Source of the DNA: Salinivirgaceae bacterium
Lineage (GTDB): Bacteria > Bacteroidota > Bacteroidia > Bacteroidales > SZUA-534
Direction: 5' to 3'
NCBI GenBank assembly: GCA_050251815.1
Contig: JBFWMB010000012.1
Location: forward strand, 6,234 to 70,233
Length of the DNA: 64,000 nt
The stretch's first letter is position 1. Each line of letters opens with the position of its first letter. Shown here one piece after another: positions 27,432-36,963 of this stretch. The notes under the pieces were generated by a model. That model was not told the DNA's origin. It searched no databases and saw only the letters and a list, made by a program, of their open reading frames with translations. A program made the position numbers and the translations under genes.

Positions 27432-29819
27432 ATGATACAAAAAGCCATACTCATAAGTTCATTCATCTGCTATTCAATCATCAGTTTTGGTCAGCAAGCT
27501 GTTGGTACTATTGCGGGAACAGTTAAAGACGCGAAAGGAACTGCTATTCCCTTTAGTAGCATTGCTATTCTGGGTACAAACCAGGGAACAATTTCTGACG
27601 AACAGGGGCATTTCTCACTAAACACTCCTGTTATTGGATCGCAAACCTTGGTTGTGAGTAGTTTGGGATACGAACCCCGCCATATTCCCCTTAGCCTGGG
27701 AAAAGAAAAACAGCTTAAACTCGATGTTTTGCTTGAGTCCGGTAGCATTGCTATAAACGAAGTGGTGGTTTCTGAAAAAAGCGAAACCACCCGGCGTAAA
27801 GAATTGCCTTTTTCGATAACAGCCATCGATGCCAAACCTTTACAGGCAAAAAATATGGATATAAATCAGGTGCTAAATACCACAACGGGAATCCGCATTC
27901 GTGAGGAGGGCGGACTGGGCTCCAATTTTAGTTTTTCGTTGAATGGCTTTACCGGAAATCAGGTAAAGTTTTTTTTGGATGGCGTTCCCATGGATAATTT
28001 TGGCAGTTCGCTTACTTTAAATAATATTCCGGTCAATTTAATCTCAAGCATTGAAGTTTATAAGGGTGTGGTTCCCATACATCTGGGTTCCGATGCCCTG
28101 GGCGGTGCGGTAAATGTAATTACCAATAACAAGATTAGTAACTATGTGGATGCTTCTTATGCCTACGGTTCTTTTAACACCCACCGGCTGGCTTTAATCA
28201 GTCGCTATACCCATGCTAAAACGGGTCTGGTGGTAAAAGCCAATGCCTTTTATAATTATTCCGATAACGATTATAAAATGTTTATTCCCGTATCGGATAT
28301 CTCGAATGGCGGAAAATACGGGGAACCCGAATGGATACGCAGGTTTCACGATGCTTATGAGTCGCAGACTGTCCAGCTTGAAATTGGGGTGATGGATAAA
28401 AAACTGGCCGACCGCCTCTTTTTTGGAATAATTACCTCAAAAAACTATAAGGAGCTGCAAACCGGGCACAACATGAATATTGTAATTGGGGAAGCTTTTG
28501 ATGAAGACCAGGTAATTATTCCCACCTTACACTATTCAAAAAACGATTTGTTTATTCCGGGATTATCGGTAAACCTGTACGCCAATTACAATTTCAGGCA
28601 GGCCCTGAGTGCCGATACCAGCAGCCGAAAATACGACTGGTACCAAAACTATGAGGTGAAAGGGATTAATACCACCAGTGGTGAAATAGCCTGGAACAAA
28701 ACCTTGTTTAGCTATAACGATAACTCGGCCCTGGTTTCGGCAAACCTGACTTACACCATAAACAGCAACCACAGCCTGTCGTTAAATAATACCTACAGCA
28801 GTTTTCGCCGGAAGGGTGAAGATCCCATCAGTTTATCGGTAGTGCCCTTCAGTAAACCCAATGTTTTAAATAAGAACATTACCGGCTTTTCGTACAGTAT
28901 CAGTTTGCTGGGAGGTAAATTAAAAACGGTTGTTTTTACCAAGCTGTTTGTTATGGAATCGACCGGATTCGAAGGCGACCGCTACAGTAAGTCGGACACC
29001 GCTTTAACCAAAATAAAGGCCGCTTACAACAAGTCATCATTAGGGATAGCTTCAACCTATTACCTTACCCCGGAAACCCAGCTTAAGCTGAGCTATGAGA
29101 ATACCTACCGCTTGCCCGAAGCTCGCGAAATGTTTGGAAACGGTTTGACGTTGCTGAGTAACCTGAACATTCAACCCGAGGAAAGCAAAAACTTTAATGT
29201 GGGGATATTAAGCAACCACACCTTTAACAGGCATCGGCTGATGGCAGAACTGGAATACTTGTATCGCCTGCCCGAAAATATGATTCGCTATATGGCTGAA
29301 GGAAACGACGGATTTTATGAGAACCTGGTCTCGGTTAAAGGATACAGCATCGAAGGAGGTATTAAATACAATTACAATAACAAATTAAACCTGGAGTTGA
29401 ACGGAACCTACCAAAAAATGGTGTACAACAATAAAACAACACCAACAGGCGGCGTCAATTACCTGTATGAGCAACAATTAGCCAACATTCCTTTTCTTTT
29501 TGGTTCGTTAAATATGGGTTACCAATGGGCCAATGTTTTAGGTGATGGCAATACCTTGGCGGCGAATTGGGCAACGCTGTTTGTCGAGTCGTTTTATTTA
29601 AAGTCGCCTTCTAACGGGAACCCAACCGGAAAGAACGATATCCCCCGACAAATTTCCAATTCGGCGAATGTGTCCTACAGTTTTAAAAACGGGCAATACA
29701 CCATTTCCCTGGCTTGTACCAACTTGTCCGATAAACCGCTTTACGATAACTGGAAACTGCCAAAACCAGGCCGTGCCTTTAATGTAAAGCTTCGCTATTA
29801 TATTTTTAGTAACCAATAA
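27432..29819 (+). CDS. TonB-dependent receptor (XusA-like siderophore-type)
   Basis: 795 aa. It has a signal peptide, a CarboxypepD_reg-like domain (GTVKDAKGTAIPFSSIAILGTNQGTISDEQGHFSL), a plug and a 22-strand-type barrel with a terminal aromatic region. A DUF4374-type lipoprotein gene and a PepSY gene follow. Confidence 0.9.
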   Translation: MIQKAILISSFICYSIISFGQQAVGTIAGTVKDAKGTAIPFSSIAILGTNQGTISDEQGHFSLNTPVIGSQTLVVSSLGYEPRHIPLSLGKEKQLKLDVLLESGSIAINEVVVSEKSETTRRKELPFSITAIDAKPLQAKNMDINQVLNTTTGIRIREEGGLGSNFSFSLNGFTGNQVKFFLDGVPMDNFGSSLTLNNIPVNLISSIEVYKGVVPIHLGSDALGGAVNVITNNKISNYVDASYAYGSFNTHRLALISRYTHAKTGLVVKANAFYNYSDNDYKMFIPVSDISNGGKYGEPEWIRRFHDAYESQTVQLEIGVMDKKLADRLFFGIITSKNYKELQTGHNMNIVIGEAFDEDQVIIPTLHYSKNDLFIPGLSVNLYANYNFRQALSADTSSRKYDWYQNYEVKGINTTSGEIAWNKTLFSYNDNSALVSANLTYTINSNHSLSLNNTYSSFRRKGEDPISLSVVPFSKPNVLNKNITGFSYSISLLGGKLKTVVFTKLFVMESTGFEGDRYSKSDTALTKIKAAYNKSSLGIASTYYLTPETQLKLSYENTYRLPEAREMFGNGLTLLSNLNIQPEESKNFNVGILSNHTFNRHRLMAELEYLYRLPENMIRYMAEGNDGFYENLVSVKGYSIEGGIKYNYNNKLNLELNGTYQKMVYNNKTTPTGGVNYLYEQQLANIPFLFGSLNMGYQWANVLGDGNTLAANWATLFVESFYLKSPSNGNPTGKNDIPRQISNSANVSYSFKNGQYTISLACTNLSDKPLYDNWKLPKPGRAFNVKLRYYIFSNQ

Positions 29820-29831
29820 ACAATACATACG

Positions 29832-31073
29832 ATGAAACCAATTTTGAATACAATTAAACTAACGACTGTGGCTGTAGTAATCGGTACATTTGCTTCCTGC
29901 GAAGAAAGCGAACCCACAACAGATACTACCACAGCCAACTATGTTATGTCATTACGTACTACCGGAGCCAACGACGAAAGCTCCGATTACTTGTTAACTG
30001 TTGATGATTTAATGACCGGCGAAATTTCGGCCCAGGGAACAGGCACCGAACTGGTTGGTTGGAACTATACCGGCAAATTTGGAGGAACATTTTTTTCATT
30101 CGGTTACGATTTGAACGAGTGCATCGCCTATGAGATTTCAAATAACACTTTACAGGAGAAAGGAAAGTTTGTTTTCGATCGTTTCGATGTGATGAATCCC
30201 ATCGACAACAATACCTTTATGGCAATTGGAGCGCCCTGGGGAGGTGGTTCGTACGATTGTCAACTTCAGGTGGTCGATATTAACGAGGTAGCTATTGCCA
30301 AAACCGTATTGCATCCAATTTACGTGTCTTTCGACCCCAACAATCCCGAGGTGCAACTGAATGCCTGGCCTACCCATTCTTATCTAGATGGCGACAAATT
30401 CTATGTGGCATTTTATACCCTGAATGGTGTATCGTGGGAAACACCCAATACCGACACGGCTTACGTAAGCGTGTTCTCGTATCCTGAACTGGAATACATT
30501 AAAACAATAAAAGATACCCGTACCGGACCCATAGGATATTACGGAGCCCAACCAGCTATTTTGACGGATGAGGCCGGCGATCATTATACCTTATCGTCGG
30601 GGGCTTACTCGGCCGGATTTACCCAGGTTACCAAAGGCTCAGGCATCTTAAAAATTGCATCGGGTAGCGATGAGTTCGATGCCAATTATTTTTTCGATGT
30701 GGAAGCTACCGGTTACCGGGTTACCTCGGCTACGTATGTGGGCAATGGCCTGGCTGTAGCCAATGTAATCTCCAAATTGCTCGACGAAACAGCGGCTTTG
30801 CAAAGCCAATGGGCTTTGTTTTCAGAAGTAACCCCTTTGCTAAACACGGCAATTATCGATTTATATAACAAAACCCTTACGCTTGTCGATGAAGTACCCT
30901 TGCACGGGGGACAATACCAGACTCCTTTTTTGGTGGAAGATGGTTTGGTATATATTTCGGTTAATGATGGAAGGGAAACCTATGTTTACCAGGTTGATGC
31001 CGTAAATAAAATAGCTGTTAAAGGGGCTAAGCTTATTGGTAATCAGTTTCAGGGACTTTATTCAGCAAAATAA
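29832..31073 (+). CDS. DUF4374-like surface lipoprotein (XusB-like)
   Basis: 413 aa with lipobox FASCEE. Composition looks beta-propeller-like. It sits 12 nt after the TonB-dependent receptor, which is the gene order of Bacteroides xusABC. Confidence 0.6.
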   Translation: MKPILNTIKLTTVAVVIGTFASCEESEPTTDTTTANYVMSLRTTGANDESSDYLLTVDDLMTGEISAQGTGTELVGWNYTGKFGGTFFSFGYDLNECIAYEISNNTLQEKGKFVFDRFDVMNPIDNNTFMAIGAPWGGGSYDCQLQVVDINEVAIAKTVLHPIYVSFDPNNPEVQLNAWPTHSYLDGDKFYVAFYTLNGVSWETPNTDTAYVSVFSYPELEYIKTIKDTRTGPIGYYGAQPAILTDEAGDHYTLSSGAYSAGFTQVTKGSGILKIASGSDEFDANYFFDVEATGYRVTSATYVGNGLAVANVISKLLDETAALQSQWALFSEVTPLLNTAIIDLYNKTLTLVDEVPLHGGQYQTPFLVEDGLVYISVNDGRETYVYQVDAVNKIAVKGAKLIGNQFQGLYSAK

Positions 31074-31343
31074 AACCGTCTTTTTTTTGCGTTGTGTCAG
31101 AGCGTGTAAATTATATAATGCAGGCTACTGGCATTTCGCAATTTAAATATAGCGGGGTGAAAGCTTGCTAATTAAGCTTATCCGTTACTTCATGTTTTTA
31201 ACTACATCAAAACAATAATTAGATACGATGAAACACCCATGTTCTTGCAAACACAACTATTCTCATGAGCAAAGCGAATAAACACGATAAATTAAAATAT
31301 GCAACATGGGTGTTCCATCATTCCTTGAAAATTAAATTTTATT

Positions 31344-32477
31344 ATGATGAAACAAGTAATTGTAAAAACACACCTGATTGTAGGATTTATTTCCGGCCTT
31401 GTGTTGTTTATTGTGGCCATAACCGGGGCCATGTATTCTTTCAAAACCGAAATAGAAGCGCTTACGCAATCGTACCGGAAAGTTGATTTGGAACCCAAAG
31501 CCATGATTCCTCCTTCAAAGGCCTTGGAAATTGGTCATAAAACATTACCAGATATCGAAATTCACGGGGTGATTTACCGCAAAGCGGATGATGCTCTGGA
31601 GGTAGTTTACTATCAGGAAGAACCACTTTATTATGGGGCAGCCTACCTGAATCCTTATTCGGGTGAATTGCTCAAAACCAAGGATTTTTATAAATCCTTT
31701 TTTGGTTTTGCCCTGCGTGGCCACATTGCTTTATGGCTTCCGTTGCACATTGGCCAACCCATTGTGGCTATTGCCACCCTGTTTTTTCTGCTTATGTTTG
31801 TCAGTGGCCTGATACTCTGGTGGCCTAAAAAATCGGGTTCAACAAAGAGTTTTGCTTTTACCCGGGAGGCAAAACCTTCGGTAAGGCGCCTGGAATGGCA
31901 TAAGGTAATTGGCTTTTATGTGGTTTGGCTTGCCTTAATCCTGGTGTTAACCGGAATGACCTGGGTTTTTAAAGGATTTGACAGAGCAGTGTACAAGGCA
32001 ATGGGCGGTAAATTGGAAACCCATTTTAGCATGCCTGCATCCGATACCACAAATACCATCCGTATGGATTCCGTTGCTAAACCCATTGATTTGTTGTGGG
32101 CAAATTTAAAACAACAATATCCTGAAATGCCCTTTATTGAGATTCATGCTGTTTACGATTCGGTTTCCACATTTTTAGTTGAATTAAACAGCGACCCATC
32201 GAAGTATTGGAAAACCGACTATTTGTATTTTGATCAACACACCCTTGAACCGGTGGAATCGAATACCATTTACGGAAGATTAGAACAGGCGGGCATTCCC
32301 GAAAAAATTAAACGGATGTACTACGATATGCATACCGGAGCCATCTGGGGTCTGCCCGGGAAAATTATCATGTTTTTAGCCAGCTTGTTTATCGCCAGTC
32401 TGCCGCTTACCGGTTTTCTGTTGTGGTGGTCGCGCAGGCGCGAACAAAAGAATTTTATGAAGCAATTGGATTTATAG
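31344..32477 (+). CDS. PepSY-associated transmembrane protein (XusC/PiuB-N-like)
   Basis: 377 aa. Four hydrophobic helices are arranged as in the PepSY_TM family, with an N-terminal THLIVGFISGLVLFIVAITGAMYSF helix and a C-terminal helix ending LLWWSRRREQK. Confidence 0.8.
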   Translation: MMKQVIVKTHLIVGFISGLVLFIVAITGAMYSFKTEIEALTQSYRKVDLEPKAMIPPSKALEIGHKTLPDIEIHGVIYRKADDALEVVYYQEEPLYYGAAYLNPYSGELLKTKDFYKSFFGFALRGHIALWLPLHIGQPIVAIATLFFLLMFVSGLILWWPKKSGSTKSFAFTREAKPSVRRLEWHKVIGFYVVWLALILVLTGMTWVFKGFDRAVYKAMGGKLETHFSMPASDTTNTIRMDSVAKPIDLLWANLKQQYPEMPFIEIHAVYDSVSTFLVELNSDPSKYWKTDYLYFDQHTLEPVESNTIYGRLEQAGIPEKIKRMYYDMHTGAIWGLPGKIIMFLASLFIASLPLTGFLLWWSRRREQKNFMKQLDL

Positions 32478-32493
32478 TATAACTCCGTTTAAC

Positions 32494-34086
32494 ATGTGGT
32501 GGTGGAGAAATAGAAAAAAAACAGACAAAGATGCGGTTTTGATCTTGTTTGGTACCAAAACTGGAAATGCACGGATAGTTGCCCAAAAGGCCCGGCAATA
32601 TTTTATTCAAAACGGAATAGGCGCAAATTGCCTAAATATGTCCGACTACGATCCCCGACAGCTGGGTTCGGTAAAGCGGCTCTTGGCTGTGGTTAGTACA
32701 CAGGGTGAAGGAGAGCCTCCGGTACAGGCTAAAAAGTTTTATTCTACCCTTATGGATAGCAATATTCCGGAATTAAAACACCTGAATTATTCCGTTTGTG
32801 CTTTAGGCGATAGCGGATACGAGTGGTTTTGTAAGGCAGGAAGAGATTTGGATCAACGTTTGAATCAATTGGGGGCTACTCCTTTGCTGGAACGTACAGA
32901 ATGCGATGTTGATTTTTCGGTAGCTGCAGTTCAATGGATTAAAGAAACCTGCCGCAAATTAAACCAAAACACGAATCGACAGGCAGCACCGATTGAGGCG
33001 CTCGATATTCCTGATGGAAACAAATCCTTTAAAGCAAAACTTGTGAGTCAAACGCGGGTAAATGCTGAGGAGGCTCATGATCCTGTTTTTCGGGTAAGAT
33101 TGAAGGTAGCAAATCCTGAATTTTCGTTCCAGGCGGGTGATTCAGTTTCCATTAAACCGGTAAACCATCCGGATTTGGTAAGTGAAATAATGAAAAAACT
33201 ATACGGTACCGATCAATTATCCAAATCAGAAGTTGATAGCATACAAAAGCAACTTCAGTATAAGCTGGAACTTACCAACCTGAGTAAAGGTACCCTTAAG
33301 CGCTACCAAAGAGTAGTCGAAAATAACGCACTTCATGCACTTTTAAGCGATAATGCCCAACGGCTTTCATACCTAAAAGAAGCCAATGTAAACGATTTAT
33401 TAAACGATTTTCCTGGAACAATTACCGCAAATCAACTGATGCAGGTTTTACCTGCCATAAAAGAGCGGGTCTATTCCATTGCTTCAGCCTTCGATAAAGA
33501 GTCGAGACAATTCGATTTGTTGGTTAAATCCATTCATTATGAATACAAGCAGCGGTTGCATCAGGGAGCGGCTTCGGTTTTTTTAAACGAAGGATTGCAG
33601 GTTAATGATGATCTTACTTTTTCGTTAATCGAAAATGCGCAGTTTCGCTTACCTGAAGATCCCCAAACTCCGATAATATTATTGGCTGCCGGAACCGGTC
33701 TGGCCCCTTTTAGGGCCTTTTTGCAACAACGACAACAATTGGGAATAAAAAATAATTGCTGGCTTATTTGGGGTACCCGTCATCGGGAGCACGACAGGCT
33801 TTGTATTGATGAATTAACCAATTTTAAGAAAAATGGAGTGATTCAACACTTAAACTTTGTTTTTTCGAGAGATAATCAGGGGTTTAAATATGTTCAGGAT
33901 GTTTTGTTCAGGGAACAAGCCTTGGTTTTAGACTGGCTTAACAGAGGTGCTATGTTATATGTGTGTGGATCGATGGCATTGGGTAGGGGGGTTAAAAACA
34001 ACCTGAATTTGGTTTTACAGCAAACTCCGTTTAAAGATGTTGAAAGCCTTCAGGCGACTAACCGTTATTTTACCGATTTGTATTAA
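32494..34086 (+). CDS. Sulfite-reductase-alpha (CysJ)-like flavoprotein: flavodoxin domain plus FAD/NAD(P)H ferredoxin-reductase domain
   Basis: 530 aa. The flavodoxin-like part is LILFGTKTGNA...VVSTQGEGEPP. The FAD motif is RVYSIASA and the NAD(P)H motif is LLAAGTGLAPFRAF. The C-terminus is YFTDLY, diflavin-reductase-like. Confidence 0.85.
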   Translation: MWWWRNRKKTDKDAVLILFGTKTGNARIVAQKARQYFIQNGIGANCLNMSDYDPRQLGSVKRLLAVVSTQGEGEPPVQAKKFYSTLMDSNIPELKHLNYSVCALGDSGYEWFCKAGRDLDQRLNQLGATPLLERTECDVDFSVAAVQWIKETCRKLNQNTNRQAAPIEALDIPDGNKSFKAKLVSQTRVNAEEAHDPVFRVRLKVANPEFSFQAGDSVSIKPVNHPDLVSEIMKKLYGTDQLSKSEVDSIQKQLQYKLELTNLSKGTLKRYQRVVENNALHALLSDNAQRLSYLKEANVNDLLNDFPGTITANQLMQVLPAIKERVYSIASAFDKESRQFDLLVKSIHYEYKQRLHQGAASVFLNEGLQVNDDLTFSLIENAQFRLPEDPQTPIILLAAGTGLAPFRAFLQQRQQLGIKNNCWLIWGTRHREHDRLCIDELTNFKKNGVIQHLNFVFSRDNQGFKYVQDVLFREQALVLDWLNRGAMLYVCGSMALGRGVKNNLNLVLQQTPFKDVESLQATNRYFTDLY

Positions 34087-34094
34087 TAGAGAGA

Positions 34095-34136
34095 TACAAA
34101 ACGCCACATTTAGGCTGGTAAATGTGGCGTTTTGTA
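34095..34136. terminator. Bidirectional terminator (18-bp perfect stem) between convergent genes
   Basis: TACAAAACGCCACATTTA-ggctgg-TAAATGTGGCGTTTTGTA lies between the reductase stop (34086) and the esterase stop (34142). Confidence 0.85.
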
Positions 34137-34141
34137 TGTAT

Positions 34142-35293
34142 TTATTTTTTTAACTGTTCCGATACCCGGTCAAGGTTGGCCTTGTATAAAGCCGTGTTGG
34201 GATGATTCGTCAGTTTACCCAGTGTGTAGGCTTTTTCATAACAATCGCGGGCTTTATCCCATTCCTTATTTTGCTCGTAAGCTTCACCCAAACTATCGAA
34301 TACGTTCGAAGAGCCGGGATAGCGTTTGCTGTTTTCAATAAAGGTGAGTAATGCAGTTTTTATATCACCCGCTTGAAGGTAGCGATATCCCAGCATGTTA
34401 ATTATGTTCTCGGGGGTATGAATGGGATATCCGTACTTTTTCGAAAGCTTAGCATAGTAGGCATCCAAGGTGGCCAAATCTTTTTGTTGAAATTCCTGTG
34501 GTAAGCGCCAATCGGAATAAACAAAACGCAAACCCCGGTAAAGGCTTACATAAGGAATGCTGCCGTGATTTTCGTCGGGCATTTTCAGGTAACAGTAATT
34601 TATGCTGTTTTGCTGTTTCATTAGCGAATCGAATGTGTTGTGAGCCTCATAATAATTGGGTTCGTTTCCTACGGTCATAAAGAAGTTTTTATTCCCTTGT
34701 TTTTCCGGGGTTTGCCCTGCTTTTGCCATACCCAGTAAATAGCTGTTATCGTAATGAATAACGGGACTAAAGGCCAGGTAAGCCTCAAAAAGTTCCGGCT
34801 GGGTTAAAAAGGTAAAGGTGGCAAATGTTCCTCCAAACGAGTGTCCCATCAGGATGCGGTAAGGTGCTGCCCGGAATTCTTGTTCAATACGGGGAATCAG
34901 TTCTTCCTTCAAAAACTGCTGAAATTTGTTGGCTTCGCCTGATGTAGGAATAGCCCCAGTATGCGTGGGCAAAAAATTACGGTTTCTGTCGGTGTTGGTA
35001 AGGGCTACTACTATCATGGGAGGAATCTCGCCCAGACGGTTTAGGTAATCAGTAGCGGCTACAGCATGTTGAAAATGGGTATTCCCATCGAGCAAAAAAA
35101 GAACCGGGTAACTTACCTCATTCGAGGCATATCCTTCGGGTAATTGTACCAGCATTACACGCTCCTCACTCAGTATTTTTGATTGGATGGTGAGTATTTG
35201 GCTTGATTCAACGGTGTTTTGTGCTTTGCATAACGCTGTTCCTGATAAAATTCCCAGCGCTAAAAACAGGGTGAGTAAAAGAGTTTTGTTCAT
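34142..35293 (-). CDS. Secreted alpha/beta-hydrolase of the putative-esterase (Fes/IroE-like) family with a C-terminal TPR-like region
   Basis: 383 aa with a signal peptide. It has YPVLFLLDGN and the nucleophile elbow GHSFGG. The C-terminal ~110 aa has TPR-like repeats (AGDIKTALLTFIENSKRYPGSSNVFDSLGEAYEQNKEWDKARDCYEKAY). Confidence 0.7.
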   Translation of the reverse strand: MNKTLLLTLFLALGILSGTALCKAQNTVESSQILTIQSKILSEERVMLVQLPEGYASNEVSYPVLFLLDGNTHFQHAVAATDYLNRLGEIPPMIVVALTNTDRNRNFLPTHTGAIPTSGEANKFQQFLKEELIPRIEQEFRAAPYRILMGHSFGGTFATFTFLTQPELFEAYLAFSPVIHYDNSYLLGMAKAGQTPEKQGNKNFFMTVGNEPNYYEAHNTFDSLMKQQNSINYCYLKMPDENHGSIPYVSLYRGLRFVYSDWRLPQEFQQKDLATLDAYYAKLSKKYGYPIHTPENIINMLGYRYLQAGDIKTALLTFIENSKRYPGSSNVFDSLGEAYEQNKEWDKARDCYEKAYTLGKLTNHPNTALYKANLDRVSEQLKK

Positions 35294-35378
35294 AATCCAA
35301 TGTTTTTAAGGGGTGTTTTTTTAATTTTTAACAAGTATGGGTCGCACAAAAACACCGGAAGTAACAGTTGTTTATTGT

Positions 35379-36359
35379 TTAATAGTTGCCCCAGTGAACA
35401 GCAATTTCATCTAAAATGGAACGCAGGGTGTCGGGATTGGTTTCAGTTACCAAACGCATGCGGGTTTCCTTAAAGTTTGGCAGTCCTTTAAAATAATTTG
35501 AAAAATGCTGACGCATTTCAAAAATGCCGGTAATTCCACCTTTCCACTCCAAGGAATAGCCCAAATGCCGTTTGGCCAGTTCCACTTTTTCAGGAACGGT
35601 AATGGGTGGAAGTATTTCGCCGGTTTGTAAGTAGTGTTTAACCTCTTTAAAAAGCCAGGGTTTTCCAATGGCTGCACGCCCAATCATTATGGCATCAACC
35701 CCATAATTGGTAAACTTCTGCAGGGCAATTTCGGGACTGCTCACATCGCCATTGCCAATTATGGGGATGGTCATACGGGGGTTTCTTTTAATGGCTCCAA
35801 TCAATGTCCAGTCGGCTTCACCCTTGTACATTTGTTTGCGGGTGCGGCCGTGAACGGTGAGTGCGGCAATGCCCACATCCTGTAATTGTTCGGCCAGATT
35901 AACAATGGGCAGGTTGCTTTCGTCCCAACCCAACCGGGTTTTTACTGTTACCGGAAGTTTAACGGCTTGTACCACTTTAGCCGTAATCTCAAGCATAAGG
36001 GGAATATTTTGCAGCAAACCGGCTCCGGCACCTTTTCCGGCAACCCTTTTTACCGGACAACCAAAATTCAGATCAATTAAATCGGGTTGGGCTTCTTCGC
36101 AGCGTAAGGCAGCTTCAACCATGGCGGCAGGATCTTTTCCGTAAATCTGAATCCCCACAGGGCGCTCGTAATCGGCAATATCGAGTTTGCGTACGCTTTT
36201 TTCAGCATCGCGGATAAGGCCATCGGACGAAATGAATTCGGTGTACATCATGTCGGCACCAAATTCTTTGCAAAGCCTGCGAAACGAAGGATCACTCACA
36301 TCTTCCATGGGTGCAAAAAACACCGGTCGCTCGCCCAAATCAATAGTCCCAATTTTCAT
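35379..36359 (-). CDS. dusB: tRNA-dihydrouridine synthase
   Basis: It has FFAPMEDVSDPSFRRLC...DLNFGCP...VKTRLGW...HGRT. The start was chosen at MKIGTIDLG; the ORF track extends 10 codons further to 36389. Confidence 0.9.
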   Translation of the reverse strand: MKIGTIDLGERPVFFAPMEDVSDPSFRRLCKEFGADMMYTEFISSDGLIRDAEKSVRKLDIADYERPVGIQIYGKDPAAMVEAALRCEEAQPDLIDLNFGCPVKRVAGKGAGAGLLQNIPLMLEITAKVVQAVKLPVTVKTRLGWDESNLPIVNLAEQLQDVGIAALTVHGRTRKQMYKGEADWTLIGAIKRNPRMTIPIIGNGDVSSPEIALQKFTNYGVDAIMIGRAAIGKPWLFKEVKHYLQTGEILPPITVPEKVELAKRHLGYSLEWKGGITGIFEMRQHFSNYFKGLPNFKETRMRLVTETNPDTLRSILDEIAVHWGNY

Positions 36360-36430
36360 ACGCATCAGTTTTCGGCCACAAAAATACATTACCCGAATCT
36401 ATTTCTAAAATTTAAGCCTACTTTTGCAGT

Positions 36431-36910
36431 ATGGCAACAAAAATTACCATGTATACCGATGGTGCTGCAAGCGGAAATCCCGGTCCGGGTGGATACGGAG
36501 TAGTACTGATTTCAGGAAACCACCGCAAAGATTTGTCGGAAGGTTACCGCATGACCACCAATAACCGAATGGAACTACTGGCAGTAATTGTGGGCCTTGA
36601 GGCATTAAAAACTCCCGGTTGCGAGGTTACCATTTATTCCGATTCAAAATATGTGATTGATGCTGTTGAAAAAGGCTGGCTGCAAAACTGGGTAAAAACC
36701 TCGTTTAAAAAGAAAAAAAATGCCGATTTGTGGAAGCGCTTTTTGTTGGTTTATAAAAAGCACAAGGTTGTTTTTAGCTGGGTAAAAGGACACGCAGGAA
36801 ATCCGGGAAACGAGCGCTGTGATTTTTTGGCCGTTGAAGCCTCTAAAAAAAACATCCTCCAGATTGATCATGCCTATGAGAGTGGTGAAGCTGAAGGAAT
36901 GCTGTTTTAA
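36431..36910 (+). CDS. rnhA: Ribonuclease HI
   Basis: 159 aa. Motifs are TDGAASGNPGPGGYG, TNNRMEL and WVKGHAGNPGNERCD. Confidence 0.9.
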   Translation: MATKITMYTDGAASGNPGPGGYGVVLISGNHRKDLSEGYRMTTNNRMELLAVIVGLEALKTPGCEVTIYSDSKYVIDAVEKGWLQNWVKTSFKKKKNADLWKRFLLVYKKHKVVFSWVKGHAGNPGNERCDFLAVEASKKNILQIDHAYESGEAEGMLF

Positions 36911-36963
36911 AGTATTTTGTATCTTTGATAAGTTAAAACACATGTTTAGCTGAATACTTGCTC

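Noticed and set aside
31265-31504. ORFs 31265..31486 (+) and 31292..31504 (-) in the gap before the PepSY gene
   Set aside because: They overlap each other and the PepSY start, and they show no protein-like features. The region is better described by the 12-bp inverted repeat reported as a finding.
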